From Deltaproteobacteria bacterium (GTDB lineage: Bacteria > Desulfobacterota > Desulfarculia > Adiutricales > Adiutricaceae), in the NCBI GenBank assembly GCA_031264145.1, contig JAISEK010000076.1:7843-71842 (forward strand): DNA of 64,000 bases, written 5' to 3'. The notes beneath the pieces are model-generated. The model was not told where the DNA came from. It made no database searches and was given only the letters and a program-made list of their open reading frames with translations. The translations under genes were made by a program, and so were the position numbers. Below are positions 28,594 through 37,239 of the stretch, in pieces (position 1 is the first letter of the stretch; each line of letters starts with the position of its first letter).

Positions 28594-28706
28594 CTAGCAT
28601 CTTGTCTTTCTAGATTTGGCAGGTGAAGATACCTGTTCTTCGTCCTCATGGCGCAGTACCCAGGACCAATCGGCACTGCGCTGTTTTCGAAGAAAGGATG
28701 GTGGTT
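28594..28706 (+). mobile_element. MITE-like repeat, copy D (diverged, full length)
   Basis: CTAGCATCTTGTCTTTCTAGATTTGGCAGGTGAAGATACCT aligns with copy C CTAGTACCTTGTTTTTCTTGATTTGTCTGGTGAAGATACCT. Similar length, with a degenerate right end. Confidence 0.5.
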
Positions 28707-28896
28707 TAGTGGCCTTTTTTAAAATATAAATGATATCAATAAGTTATATAATTGAGAAATAGCGGACGGAGAAATAGGCGGGCGGAGCAGGCCCCGTGCT
28801 CTCTGGACCGGGTGACGGAGTACCCCGGCGGCGGCGGAGCTACGGTAACGTGACCCAAACGCACATGGGGCCTTCTTTGAATTTTCTCCTGGACCT

Positions 28897-28941
28897 CAAA
28901 AACAAAAAGCCCCCTCGGTATGCGCAATCTCAGCGGGGGCT
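28897..28941 (-). terminator. possible Rho-independent terminator for the minus-strand ABC-F/small-ORF unit
   Basis: Minus strand reads AGCCCCC-20 nt-GGGGGCT followed by TTTTTGTTTTT. The long loop weakens the call. Confidence 0.35.
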
Positions 28942-28960
28942 GTTGACGGTTGCTAAGGCT

Positions 28961-29176
28961 TCAGTATTTTTTCCTCTTGTCCAGCAACCGCTGCAGGTCC
29001 TCGATGGTCTCGCAGGGACCATCGTCTTGGCTTGGCTTTCTGGACTCGGCCTTGTCGCCTTCCCCCTCAAAGAGCCGCATGAAGGCGGCCAGGCCCACGG
29101 GACCAAGCTCCTTGCGCAAGGCCTCGATACCCCTTTTGCGTAGGGTCTCGGTGTCGCTCCAGTCAACGATGTCCAT
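28961..29176 (-). CDS. small hypothetical protein (71 aa), antitoxin-like family LGPVG..F..FE.G.GD
   Basis: RBS AGGAGA lies 5 nt before ATG 29176. MDIVDWSDTETLRKRGIEALRKELGPVGLAAFMRLFEGEGD... resembles a widespread small-protein family (recollection only). Confidence 0.45.
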   Translation of the reverse strand: MDIVDWSDTETLRKRGIEALRKELGPVGLAAFMRLFEGEGDKAESRKPSQDDGPCETIEDLQRLLDKRKKY

Positions 29177-29343
29177 GGTTCTCCTCATCACACACCTCCA
29201 TTGCTTCCCGGACACCCTTATTATACGATGCAGCGGCCCCCGACGCCAGACTTCCCAGGCCCCCTCTTGACCGACCCCAAAACATCCAGTTGTCCAGCTT
29301 CCGGCCTGAGATTATGCCGGCCCTCGGCGGGGGGCGGGCCCCC

Positions 29344-31365
29344 CTAGCCCTGGCCGTTGGCAACCGTCTCCAGTTCCAGGGCCGTCTCCTCCCAGACCGC
29401 CTCGAGGCCCCGTTTCTCCTCGTACAGCCCTGCCAGCTCCACCCTCAGATCCTTGGCCTTCCGGCCGTCCTGGTAGACCGCCCTGTCGCAGAGGCTGGCC
29501 TCCAGCTCGCCGGTCCGCCCGGCTATCGCGGAAATCCTTCTTTCCGTCTCCTCCAGCCTTTTCTCCAGGGGCCTCCTGAGGGCGGCCTGCCTTTTCCTGT
29601 CCTGGGCGGCCTGGTGCCTGCCGCCGGGGCGCTCGGCCTTGTCCTGCCCTTCCTTGGCCGGCCCGGCCTTGTCCGGTCCAGCCTGTGGCCCGGGCCCGTC
29701 CTGCCAGAGGGGGCTGGGGGAGTCCTGGCCGGAGATGGACGAGGGGTCGGACAGCCAGAGGCGCTGGTAGTCGTCGAAGTCGCCGGGGTGGACGATCAGC
29801 CGTCCGTCCTCGATGACGCCGATCTTGTCGCAGAGCCTGTTTATGAAGTGGCGGTCGTGGCTGATGAGGACCATGGTCCCTGGGTAGTCGTCCAGGGCGT
29901 CCTCGAGCATCTGGCGGCCGGGGATGTCAAGGTGGTTGGTCGGTTCGTCCATTATGAGGAGGTTGGGGGCGGACATCATTATCTTGCAGAGGACCAGCCT
30001 GGTCTTCTCGCCGCCGGAGAGGACCGAGACCTTCTTGAAGACGTCCTCACCGTGGAAGAGGAAGCCCCCCAGGATGGTCCGAAGGGGCCCCTGGGTCAGG
30101 TGCCCGGCCACCTTGGCCAGTTCCTCCAGGATGGTGAGGCAAGGGTTGAGGCTCTCCATCTGGAACTGGGAGAAGTAGCCCAGGTCGACGTTCTGGCCCA
30201 GTCTCAGGAGGCCGGAGGAGGGTGCCGTCAGTCCGGCCAGGAGCTTGACCAGGGTCGATTTGCCCCGGCCGTTGGGGCCCACGAGGGCCAGGCGGTCGCC
30301 CCTGAGGAGGGTCAGGGAGAGGTCCGCGTAGACCCTGGTCCGGCCGTAGCTCTTGGAGACGCCTTTTAGCTCGGCCACGACGTCCGGGCCCCGGCGGCCC
30401 CTTGGTAGCGAGAGGTTGAAGGAGCCGCCAGTGCCGTCGTCGGGCTGGGACAGGCGGTCCATCTTCCCCAGTGCCTTGACACGGCTCTGGGCCCGGCGGG
30501 CTGTGGAGGCCCTGACCCGGTTGCGCTCTATGAATTTCTCCATCTGCCTTATGCGGTCCTGCTGGTTTGCGTAGGCGGCGGACTCGGTGGCCAGGCGTCT
30601 GGCCTTTTCCTCCAGGAACTGGTCATAGTCGCCGGGATAGGAGTCGGCCCGCCCCTGCCTCAGCTCGACTATCCGTTGGGCCACGTTGTTCAGGAAGACC
30701 CGGTCGTGGGAGACCAGGAGGAGGGCCGAGGGCGAGCCCTTGAGATAGCCCTCCAGCCACATGAGGCTGTCGATGTCCAGGTGGTTGGTCGGCTCGTCCA
30801 GGACCAGCAGGCCTGGCTTGGACACCAGGAGCCTGGCCAGGACGGCCCGCATGACCCAGCCCCCGGAAAATTCCGAGAGGCTTCTCTGGAAGTCGCTTTC
30901 CTGGAAGCCGAGGCCCGAGAGGACCTTCTTGGCCTCGGACTCCCGGCCCCAGCCGTCCATGGCCTCGAAGCGTTCCAGGAGGTGGCCGTGGCGGTCGGCC
31001 AGGGCCGTCTGCTCTTCCTGGGACAGTCCCGCCGTGGCGGCCAGCCTCTCCTCGATCTCCCTGAGCTCGCCCTCGACCCTCCTGAACTCGGGGTCGGTGT
31101 CCAGGACCATGCCCAGGAGGGCCTGGTCGGCCTGGGCCATGATGTCCTGGGGCAGGTAGCCGAGCCGGAGGCCCTTGGCCCTGGATACCTGGCCGCCGTC
31201 TGGGGCCTCCTGGCCCATGATCAGGCGGATGATGGTGGTCTTGCCGGCCCCGTTGCGGCCGACCAGGCCGATGCGCTCTCCCGGCTCTATCGAGAGGGTC
31301 ACGCCCCTGAGGACGTCCTGGCGGTTGTGGAACCTGGTCACGTCTGAAAAGCTTACCAAGGACAT
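29344..31365 (-). CDS. ABC-F family ATPase (two ABC domains, no TM)
   Basis: Walker A GRNGAGKTT and GPNGRGKST. Signatures FSGGWVMR and LSGGEKTR. Walker B LLVLDEPTNHLD and LLIMDEPTNHLD. Coiled-coil C-terminus. Start taken at MSLVSFSDV (longer ORF runs to 31494). Confidence 0.88.
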   Translation of the reverse strand: MSLVSFSDVTRFHNRQDVLRGVTLSIEPGERIGLVGRNGAGKTTIIRLIMGQEAPDGGQVSRAKGLRLGYLPQDIMAQADQALLGMVLDTDPEFRRVEGELREIEERLAATAGLSQEEQTALADRHGHLLERFEAMDGWGRESEAKKVLSGLGFQESDFQRSLSEFSGGWVMRAVLARLLVSKPGLLVLDEPTNHLDIDSLMWLEGYLKGSPSALLLVSHDRVFLNNVAQRIVELRQGRADSYPGDYDQFLEEKARRLATESAAYANQQDRIRQMEKFIERNRVRASTARRAQSRVKALGKMDRLSQPDDGTGGSFNLSLPRGRRGPDVVAELKGVSKSYGRTRVYADLSLTLLRGDRLALVGPNGRGKSTLVKLLAGLTAPSSGLLRLGQNVDLGYFSQFQMESLNPCLTILEELAKVAGHLTQGPLRTILGGFLFHGEDVFKKVSVLSGGEKTRLVLCKIMMSAPNLLIMDEPTNHLDIPGRQMLEDALDDYPGTMVLISHDRHFINRLCDKIGVIEDGRLIVHPGDFDDYQRLWLSDPSSISGQDSPSPLWQDGPGPQAGPDKAGPAKEGQDKAERPGGRHQAAQDRKRQAALRRPLEKRLEETERRISAIAGRTGELEASLCDRAVYQDGRKAKDLRVELAGLYEEKRGLEAVWEETALELETVANGQG

Positions 31366-31585
31366 GGATAAGTTAACCTTTTGGCGTCCTGCCAGACTCG
31401 GCCCTGGAGTCGATTGGGCAGAGGACATGGTCAAAACACTGGCGTTATTAAATTTAATGGCATTAAAGTAATTAAGTATACTAATTATCGCCATTCAAGG
31501 CCATAAGCATATTACGATTTTCCGGTATGGGTGTCAAGGATTTTTTGGGAGGAAGTCGGCCGCCTTGGGGCTCCCGGCGGGGCCG

Positions 31586-32272
31586 CTATCGGACATGGCA
31601 GGGCAGGAAATCCTGGGCGATCTTTTGGAAGCCGGCGATCTCGGCCTCCCCCGGCTGCCGGGGATGGAGGGCCATGAAAGCCGGGTTCAGGACCTTTTCC
31701 GGGCGAAAACGCTGGAGATACAGGGGGACTCGGCCGCTGGCTGCCCTGGCCAGGGCCAGGATGGAGTCTGGGCCGATGAATGGGTGGACGCAGGTAGTCC
31801 TGAACTCGGCGGGGATGCCCCCGTCCCTCAGGAAGGCCATGGTTTCCCTGACTCCGGCCGAGAGCCAGGCCGGGGCCAGTTCACCTGGGTATTCGTCGGG
31901 AGCGGCCTTGAGATCCAGGGCCACGTAGTCCAGAAGGCCAGCCCTGGCCAGCTTCTCGACCACGGCGGGCCTGGAGCCGTTGGTGTCCAGCTTGACCAGG
32001 TACCCCAGGCCCTTGGCCCCGGCCAGGAAACCTTCCAGGCCGTCCTGGAGGGTCGGCTCGCCGCCGCTGAGGACAACGGCGTCCAGAACTCCCTTCCTCC
32101 TTTCCAGAAACGAAAGGACGGAGGCTACGGGGACGGTCCCGTCGCCGGCCGGGGCCAGGTCCGGGTTGTGGCAATAGGGGCAGTGGAAGTCGCAGCCCTG
32201 GGTGAAGACCACCGAGCTTAGCCTAGAGGGAAAGTCCAGCGTTGAAGTTTTCAGCATTCCCCCGATTCGCAA
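31586..32272 (-). CDS. nrdG: anaerobic ribonucleoside-triphosphate reductase activating protein (radical SAM)
   Basis: GCDFHCPYCHNP cluster. Immediately downstream of nrdD and overlapping it. Confidence 0.88.
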   Translation of the reverse strand: MRIGGMLKTSTLDFPSRLSSVVFTQGCDFHCPYCHNPDLAPAGDGTVPVASVLSFLERRKGVLDAVVLSGGEPTLQDGLEGFLAGAKGLGYLVKLDTNGSRPAVVEKLARAGLLDYVALDLKAAPDEYPGELAPAWLSAGVRETMAFLRDGGIPAEFRTTCVHPFIGPDSILALARAASGRVPLYLQRFRPEKVLNPAFMALHPRQPGEAEIAGFQKIAQDFLPCHVR

Positions 32273-34511
32273 TTGGGTTCTCCCTGGGGTGGCGAGGCTG
32301 CTGGACGAGGGTGACGGACGGGGCCTTCCAGGCCACGGCCGTGTCCTGGGCCGGCTTGGTCGGCTGGGGCGAGTGGTCGTGGACGTTGTTCAGGCCCGTG
32401 TAGGTGGTCCGCATCTTGAACTCGGCCTGCTTGCCGTCGTTCCAGCGGCTGACCGGCCTGTAGTAGCCGACCACCCGGGAGTAGATGTCCGTGGGCCTGT
32501 GGCACTTGGGGCAGACGGCCTGCTCGCCCACCAGGTAGCCGTCCTGGGCGCAGATGCTGAAGGTCGGGGTGATGGTGAAGTACGGCAGCCTGTAGTTGGA
32601 GGTTATCTTCCTTACCAGCGACTTGACGATCTCGGGGTCGGAGATTTGCTCGCCGATGAAACCGTGGATGACCGTGCCCCCGGTGTAGCAGGTCTGGAGC
32701 GGATCCTGGTGGTCGAGGACGTCAAAGATGTCGGTGGTGTGGTTGACCGGAAGATGGGTGGAGTTGGTGTAGAAGGGCCTGAAGTCCTTCCGGTCCTGCT
32801 CGGAGGAGCCGGCGAACTGGCCGTTGGCGAAGACCATGTCCTTGTGGCGGGAAAAGTCCATGTTGGCCAGGCGGAATGAGGTCCCCTCGGCCGGGGTGGC
32901 CTCCAGGTTGAAGAGCGAGCCGGTCTTTTCCTGGTAGCCGGCCAGGCGTTCCCTGATGCGGTTCAAAATCGCCAGGGCGAACTCGTGGCCCTCGGGGGTG
33001 GAGATGTCCTTCTTCAGGAAATTGAGGCAGGCCTCGTTTGCGCCCGTCAGCCCCACGGTCGAGAAGTGGTTGCTCCAGTACTTCCCGGTCTTCCTCTTGA
33101 CGTCCCTGAGGTAGAACCTGGAGTACGGATACAGGCCATCGTCGGTGAAGTTCTCCAGGGCCTTGCGCTTCAATATCAGGCTGTCGCAGGATATATCCAC
33201 GAGCTTGTCGAGGCGGGCGAAGAAGCCCTCCCTGGAGGTCGACTCGTAGCCAAGGCGTGGGAGGTTCAGGGTGACCACGCCCACCGAGCCGGTCAGGGGG
33301 TTGGCCCCAAAGAGGCCGCCGCCCCTGAATTTCAGCTCCCTGGTGTCCAGGCGCAGGCGGCAGCACATGGAGCGGGCGTCCTCGGGGTTGAGGTCGCTGT
33401 TGACGTAGTTGGAGAAATAGGGGATGCCGTAGCGGCCGGTCATTCGCCAGACGCTGTCCAGGACGGGGTTGTCCCAGTCAAAGTCCTTGACGATGCTGTA
33501 GGTGGGGATGGGGAAGGTGAAGATGCGGCCCTTGCTGTCCCCGTCCATCATCACCTCGGCGAAGGCCCGGTTCAGCAGATCCATCTCGGCCTGGAAATCG
33601 CCGTAGACCTCCTTCATGTGCCTGCCCCCTATGACCACCGGGGTATCCCTGTAGTAGGAGGGCGGGGACAGATCGAGGCTCAGGTTGGTGAAGGGGGTCT
33701 GGAAGCCCACCCTAGTCGGGATGTTGAGGTTAAAGACGAATTCCTGGACGGCCTGGTAGATCTGGTGGTAGTCGAGATTGTCGTAGCGGATGAAGGGGGC
33801 CAGAAGGGTATCGAAGTTGGAGATGGCCTGGGCCCCGGCCGACTCGCCCTGGAGGGTGTAGAAGAAGTTGTAGAGCTGCCCCAGGGCCGTGCGCAGGTGC
33901 TTGGGCGGTCCGCTCTCGACGTTCCCGGCCACGCCCTTGAAGCCAACCATCAGGAGGTCCGACAGATCCCAGCCCACGCAGTAGACGGCCAGCTGGTTCA
34001 GATCGTGGATGTGGATGTCGCCCTTGCTGTGGGCCTCCCTGACGTGGGCCGGATAGACCTGGTGGAGCCAGTAGCGCTTGGTCACGGCCGAGGAAACGTA
34101 GCAGTTCATGCCCTGGAGCGAAAAAGGCATGTTGCTGTTCTCCCTAATCTTCCAGTCCCGGCCGTCAAGGTAGGTGGACATGAGCCCGTCATCGACGTTC
34201 TTCATGGCCCGCAGCTGGGCCCTTTGTTCCCGGTAGAGGATGTAGGCCTTGGCCGTGGCCTTGAAGTTGCCCTCAATCAGGACGTCCTCCACGATGTCCT
34301 GGACCGCCTCCACCTCCAGGACCTGGCCGTCGTGCCTGGCCAGGGCCTCGCGTATGGTCTTGATTGTCAGATCCTCGGCCACGTCGGGTCCAAATTCCGA
34401 GGTGGCATGGCCAGCCTTGGCGATGGCCAAGGTAATCTTTTGTGGGATAAAGGAAACCATTCGCCCATCGCGTTTTCTGATGTCTTTGATGGCCGGTATT
34501 TGATCTGACAT
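32223..34511 (-). CDS. nrdD: anaerobic ribonucleoside-triphosphate reductase (class III)
   Basis: N-terminal ATP-cone (KRDGRMVSFIPQKITLAIAKA). C-terminal CPKC...RVVGYYRPVSRWNDGKQAEF glycyl-radical motif. About 65 aa unusual C-terminal tail overlaps the nrdG start. Confidence 0.93.
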   Translation of the reverse strand: MSDQIPAIKDIRKRDGRMVSFIPQKITLAIAKAGHATSEFGPDVAEDLTIKTIREALARHDGQVLEVEAVQDIVEDVLIEGNFKATAKAYILYREQRAQLRAMKNVDDGLMSTYLDGRDWKIRENSNMPFSLQGMNCYVSSAVTKRYWLHQVYPAHVREAHSKGDIHIHDLNQLAVYCVGWDLSDLLMVGFKGVAGNVESGPPKHLRTALGQLYNFFYTLQGESAGAQAISNFDTLLAPFIRYDNLDYHQIYQAVQEFVFNLNIPTRVGFQTPFTNLSLDLSPPSYYRDTPVVIGGRHMKEVYGDFQAEMDLLNRAFAEVMMDGDSKGRIFTFPIPTYSIVKDFDWDNPVLDSVWRMTGRYGIPYFSNYVNSDLNPEDARSMCCRLRLDTRELKFRGGGLFGANPLTGSVGVVTLNLPRLGYESTSREGFFARLDKLVDISCDSLILKRKALENFTDDGLYPYSRFYLRDVKRKTGKYWSNHFSTVGLTGANEACLNFLKKDISTPEGHEFALAILNRIRERLAGYQEKTGSLFNLEATPAEGTSFRLANMDFSRHKDMVFANGQFAGSSEQDRKDFRPFYTNSTHLPVNHTTDIFDVLDHQDPLQTCYTGGTVIHGFIGEQISDPEIVKSLVRKITSNYRLPYFTITPTFSICAQDGYLVGEQAVCPKCHRPTDIYSRVVGYYRPVSRWNDGKQAEFKMRTTYTGLNNVHDHSPQPTKPAQDTAVAWKAPSVTLVQQPRHPRENPIANRGNAENFNAGLSL

Positions 34512-34552
34512 TCGACTATATTCTCCTTTTTGTCATAGAAGTTAGAGATTAT

Positions 34553-34580
34553 TGAATCAAGAAAAAGATACTCATCTGAA
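34553..34580 (-). mobile_element. MITE-like repeat, end fragment F
   Basis: AATCAAGAAAAAGATACT matches the right end AATCAAGAAAAACAAGATACT of copy B. Lies 40 bp from the nrdD start. Confidence 0.4.
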
Positions 34581-34722
34581 TCTGGCGGAAACGGGGCCGC
34601 CTGGCCTTGAAAAGGCCAATGGCTGGCCCGTGATCGACGCGAAAGAGCCAGGGGTCGGAGAGCTACAGGGCCGGAGCCTGGCCAGGCACCAGGGACGGGC
34701 CACAAGGCCAGGGTCAGATGCT

Positions 34723-34842
34723 GGACCCGCTGTTTTTTTGGAATGTCTGGTAAAGTCGGCTAAATCGCCGTTTAGCCAACAGTGGATTAACTAGATTGGT
34801 CTGAGGTCCCTACATCTGCCAAATCAAGAAAAACATGGTACC
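34723..34842 (-). mobile_element. MITE-like repeat, copy A
   Basis: ...TTTTTTTGGAATGTCTGGTAAAGTCGGCT...AAATCAAGAAAAACATGGTACC is colinear with copy B. Confidence 0.6.
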
Positions 34843-35138
34843 GGGCCAGTTGGGCACCAATGTCCGTGGACGCCGGAAGGGGCATCGGTAAAGACCACGG
34901 CGAATGGGGCGACAGGCTGGCTTATCATCCTCACTTGGTATTTCTTCGCTGCTTTTTCAATTTTGATACATTTCGTGACTTGTTATGGCCTTGCTAGACA
35001 TGGCTTACACCATAAGACGACTCATAAAAATTGGCCAAGCCGCGAAATACAATTTTGGATTGCTAATAAGGCAAAGGCGGGCTTAGGGTAAATTCCAAAT
35101 TTAACCGAGATTCCCCAAAATCGACTTTCAAGGGTTCT

Positions 35139-35248
35139 AGTACCTCGTTTTTTCTTGGAATGTCGGGCAAAGTCGGCTCAATTTACTTATGAACAGACAG
35201 TTTAGTCCGAGGTATCGTCACCAGACAAATCAAGAAAAACAAGATACT
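35139..35248 (-). mobile_element. MITE-like repeat, copy B
   Basis: AGTACCTCGTTTTTTCTTGGAATGTCGGGCAAAGTCGGCTCAATTTACTTATGA...CAAGAAAAACAAGATACT is nearly identical to the reverse complement of copy C. Confidence 0.7.
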
Positions 35249-36443
35249 GGCGCAATTATATGATTGAACCTGTCATGCCGTAATCAAGTCCATCGCGGTT
35301 GGAAAACACCGCGCCAAAACATTAAATATAAAAGCATAGCCTCAAACATTAATTTGTTTAAGTGGTATTGTTTTAAAAATAGGCTTTTTGCTAAAAGAGA
35401 TTAAAATCATTGATGCTTAAAACAAAACAAGTTTCAAGAAAGCAAAAAAATCTTCAGAGTCAGCTCCAAGGGGGTCAGGTGAAAAGCCTCAGTCTTATAG
35501 CCGTTTCTTAATTTTTCTTCCTAGCCTTGAGCCATTGAGAGCGGAAAAGTAGCCAGAAACTATAGCCCAAAGACATAGATAATGCCATTTTATATTCTTA
35601 AGACATCAAAACCCTTGAAATAAAACATATTTCAAGGGTGTGTATGGTATTATCTGTAGCATCTGGTTTATGAAATTCATGCGGATCTTCACAGGATCTT
35701 GTGGAAGACCTTGCCAGGCCCTCCACAAGATCTTGTGAACCACCGCAAAAAGTTTAACCCGATTTTCGATTGGAGTCAAGAAAAATTTCAGCACAGGTTA
35801 GCAATATTGGAAAAGGAATTGTCAATAAAGTACGGCATGTTTCAGTTAATAGCAACAATTTTTGCCGGCGGGGTCGGCCTAGGGGCCATACAACATATTG
35901 GCTTAGACGCCGCCCTGGACTGTAAAGCCTAAACCTACAACGAAGATGACAAACATGAAAATGTAGGTTCTTAAATTCCCTTTTAAATAGCCGCATTTCG
36001 TAGCATGTCAGCCTCATTTCCGCTGTCAGGCGACGTCCTGTTCGTTAAACCGTTAAAACACCCGAGGCTTCCTGGATAAAGCCTAAATTTTGGCCAAAAA
36101 TATGTAAATATACTCAGCTCGAACGATCAGGTCCAAAATTATTGACTATCAGTGCCCCCAAAAAAGGCTTTTCCTGGATCCGTCAGCTGACGGCGGGGGC
36201 TAGGGCCGGACAAAATATCTTGATGGGGAAAACGAGGGGCAAAATATGTCGAAAGCCGATGCGGGCCCGTAAATAAAGCAATGGCCGCCCAAGACGGAGT
36301 GATAGGGGAGTCCTTCCCTCCACGGCGGCACAGGCCCGTCTGGATTAGGCTATCAGGCACATTTTTCGTGTCAATTTGGACCGAACGTATCCAAAATTAT
36401 GGCCGCTTGAGCAGAAATAAACCTCATTTGCCCCTGGAGCAAG

Positions 36444-36473
36444 TTGACCCGTGACATCGTGGTGGCGTATAGT
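36444..36473 (+). promoter_or_regulatory. candidate sigma-70 promoter (TTGACC-18 nt-TATAGT) for the 36563 gene
   Basis: Read directly; about 90 nt upstream of the ATG. Confidence 0.3.
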
Positions 36474-36562
36474 TTGTTCAATGAAGAACAGTTTTGGAAC
36501 TAGTTTTCCCTTGGAGATCAACTTAAGGCGAAATGCCATCATGCTAGGAGTCAGGTGCCACT

Positions 36563-37147
36563 ATGAAAATTCGGAACGCCAAGTTTTTGGCCTTCTCGGC
36601 CTTGGCCGGCTTCCTGGGGGCGGCCCTCTTCTGGGCCATGGCCAGCGCGTCCCAGGCCAGGGCCCAGGATGACAGGATTCTCGCGACCGGGGAACTTCGG
36701 TTGACCGATGACGCGGGCAAGACCCGGCTGCTCCTGACCCTGGTCAGATCCAAGCCAAGGCTCTTCATGCTTGACTCGCAAGGCGAGTACCGGCTTGAGA
36801 TGGGCCTGGGCGAAAACGGCGAGCCACACGTTTGGCTGCGCGACGCCGACGGGGCGGCCAAGGTCCAGGTGGCCCTGACGGCCAAGGGCCTGCCGTCCTT
36901 TACCCTGGCCGACCAGAAGGGCCGGGAAAGGGCCGTCGTGGCCCTTAGCCAGGCCGGTGAGCCGACCTTCATCATGAGGGATCCGGATGGCCGCGACAGG
37001 GTGGCCCTGTGGAGGGACAAAAACGGCGAGGGCCTGGCCCTGGCCGACGGTAAGGGTCAGGCCAGGGCCGCCCTGTCCGTCCCAGACGGCGGTGCGCCCT
37101 CTCTTACCTTCTTCAAGGATGGCGCGGCCTACCAGGCCTTCAAGTGA
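36563..37147 (+). CDS. exported repeat protein, hypothetical
   Basis: Signal peptide MKIRNAKFLAFSALAGFLGAALFWAMASASQARA. Several ~30 aa internal repeats of the form L.D..G..R..L......P.F.L.D..G. Confidence 0.6.
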   Translation: MKIRNAKFLAFSALAGFLGAALFWAMASASQARAQDDRILATGELRLTDDAGKTRLLLTLVRSKPRLFMLDSQGEYRLEMGLGENGEPHVWLRDADGAAKVQVALTAKGLPSFTLADQKGRERAVVALSQAGEPTFIMRDPDGRDRVALWRDKNGEGLALADGKGQARAALSVPDGGAPSLTFFKDGAAYQAFK

Positions 37148-37239
37148 CCACCCTGGCCAAAAACAAGGCCGGGGGCCATCCCCCGGCCTTGCCCGACCCG
37201 GCTCGCAACGGGTTGGAGGAAGAGTGTTCCTGCCTGGTG

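Noticed and set aside
34512-34720. NrdR boxes or a riboswitch upstream of nrdD
   Set aside because: I found no pair of 16 bp ACACWATATATWGTGT-like palindromes and no recognisable riboswitch core. The region is instead occupied by MITE-like sequences.
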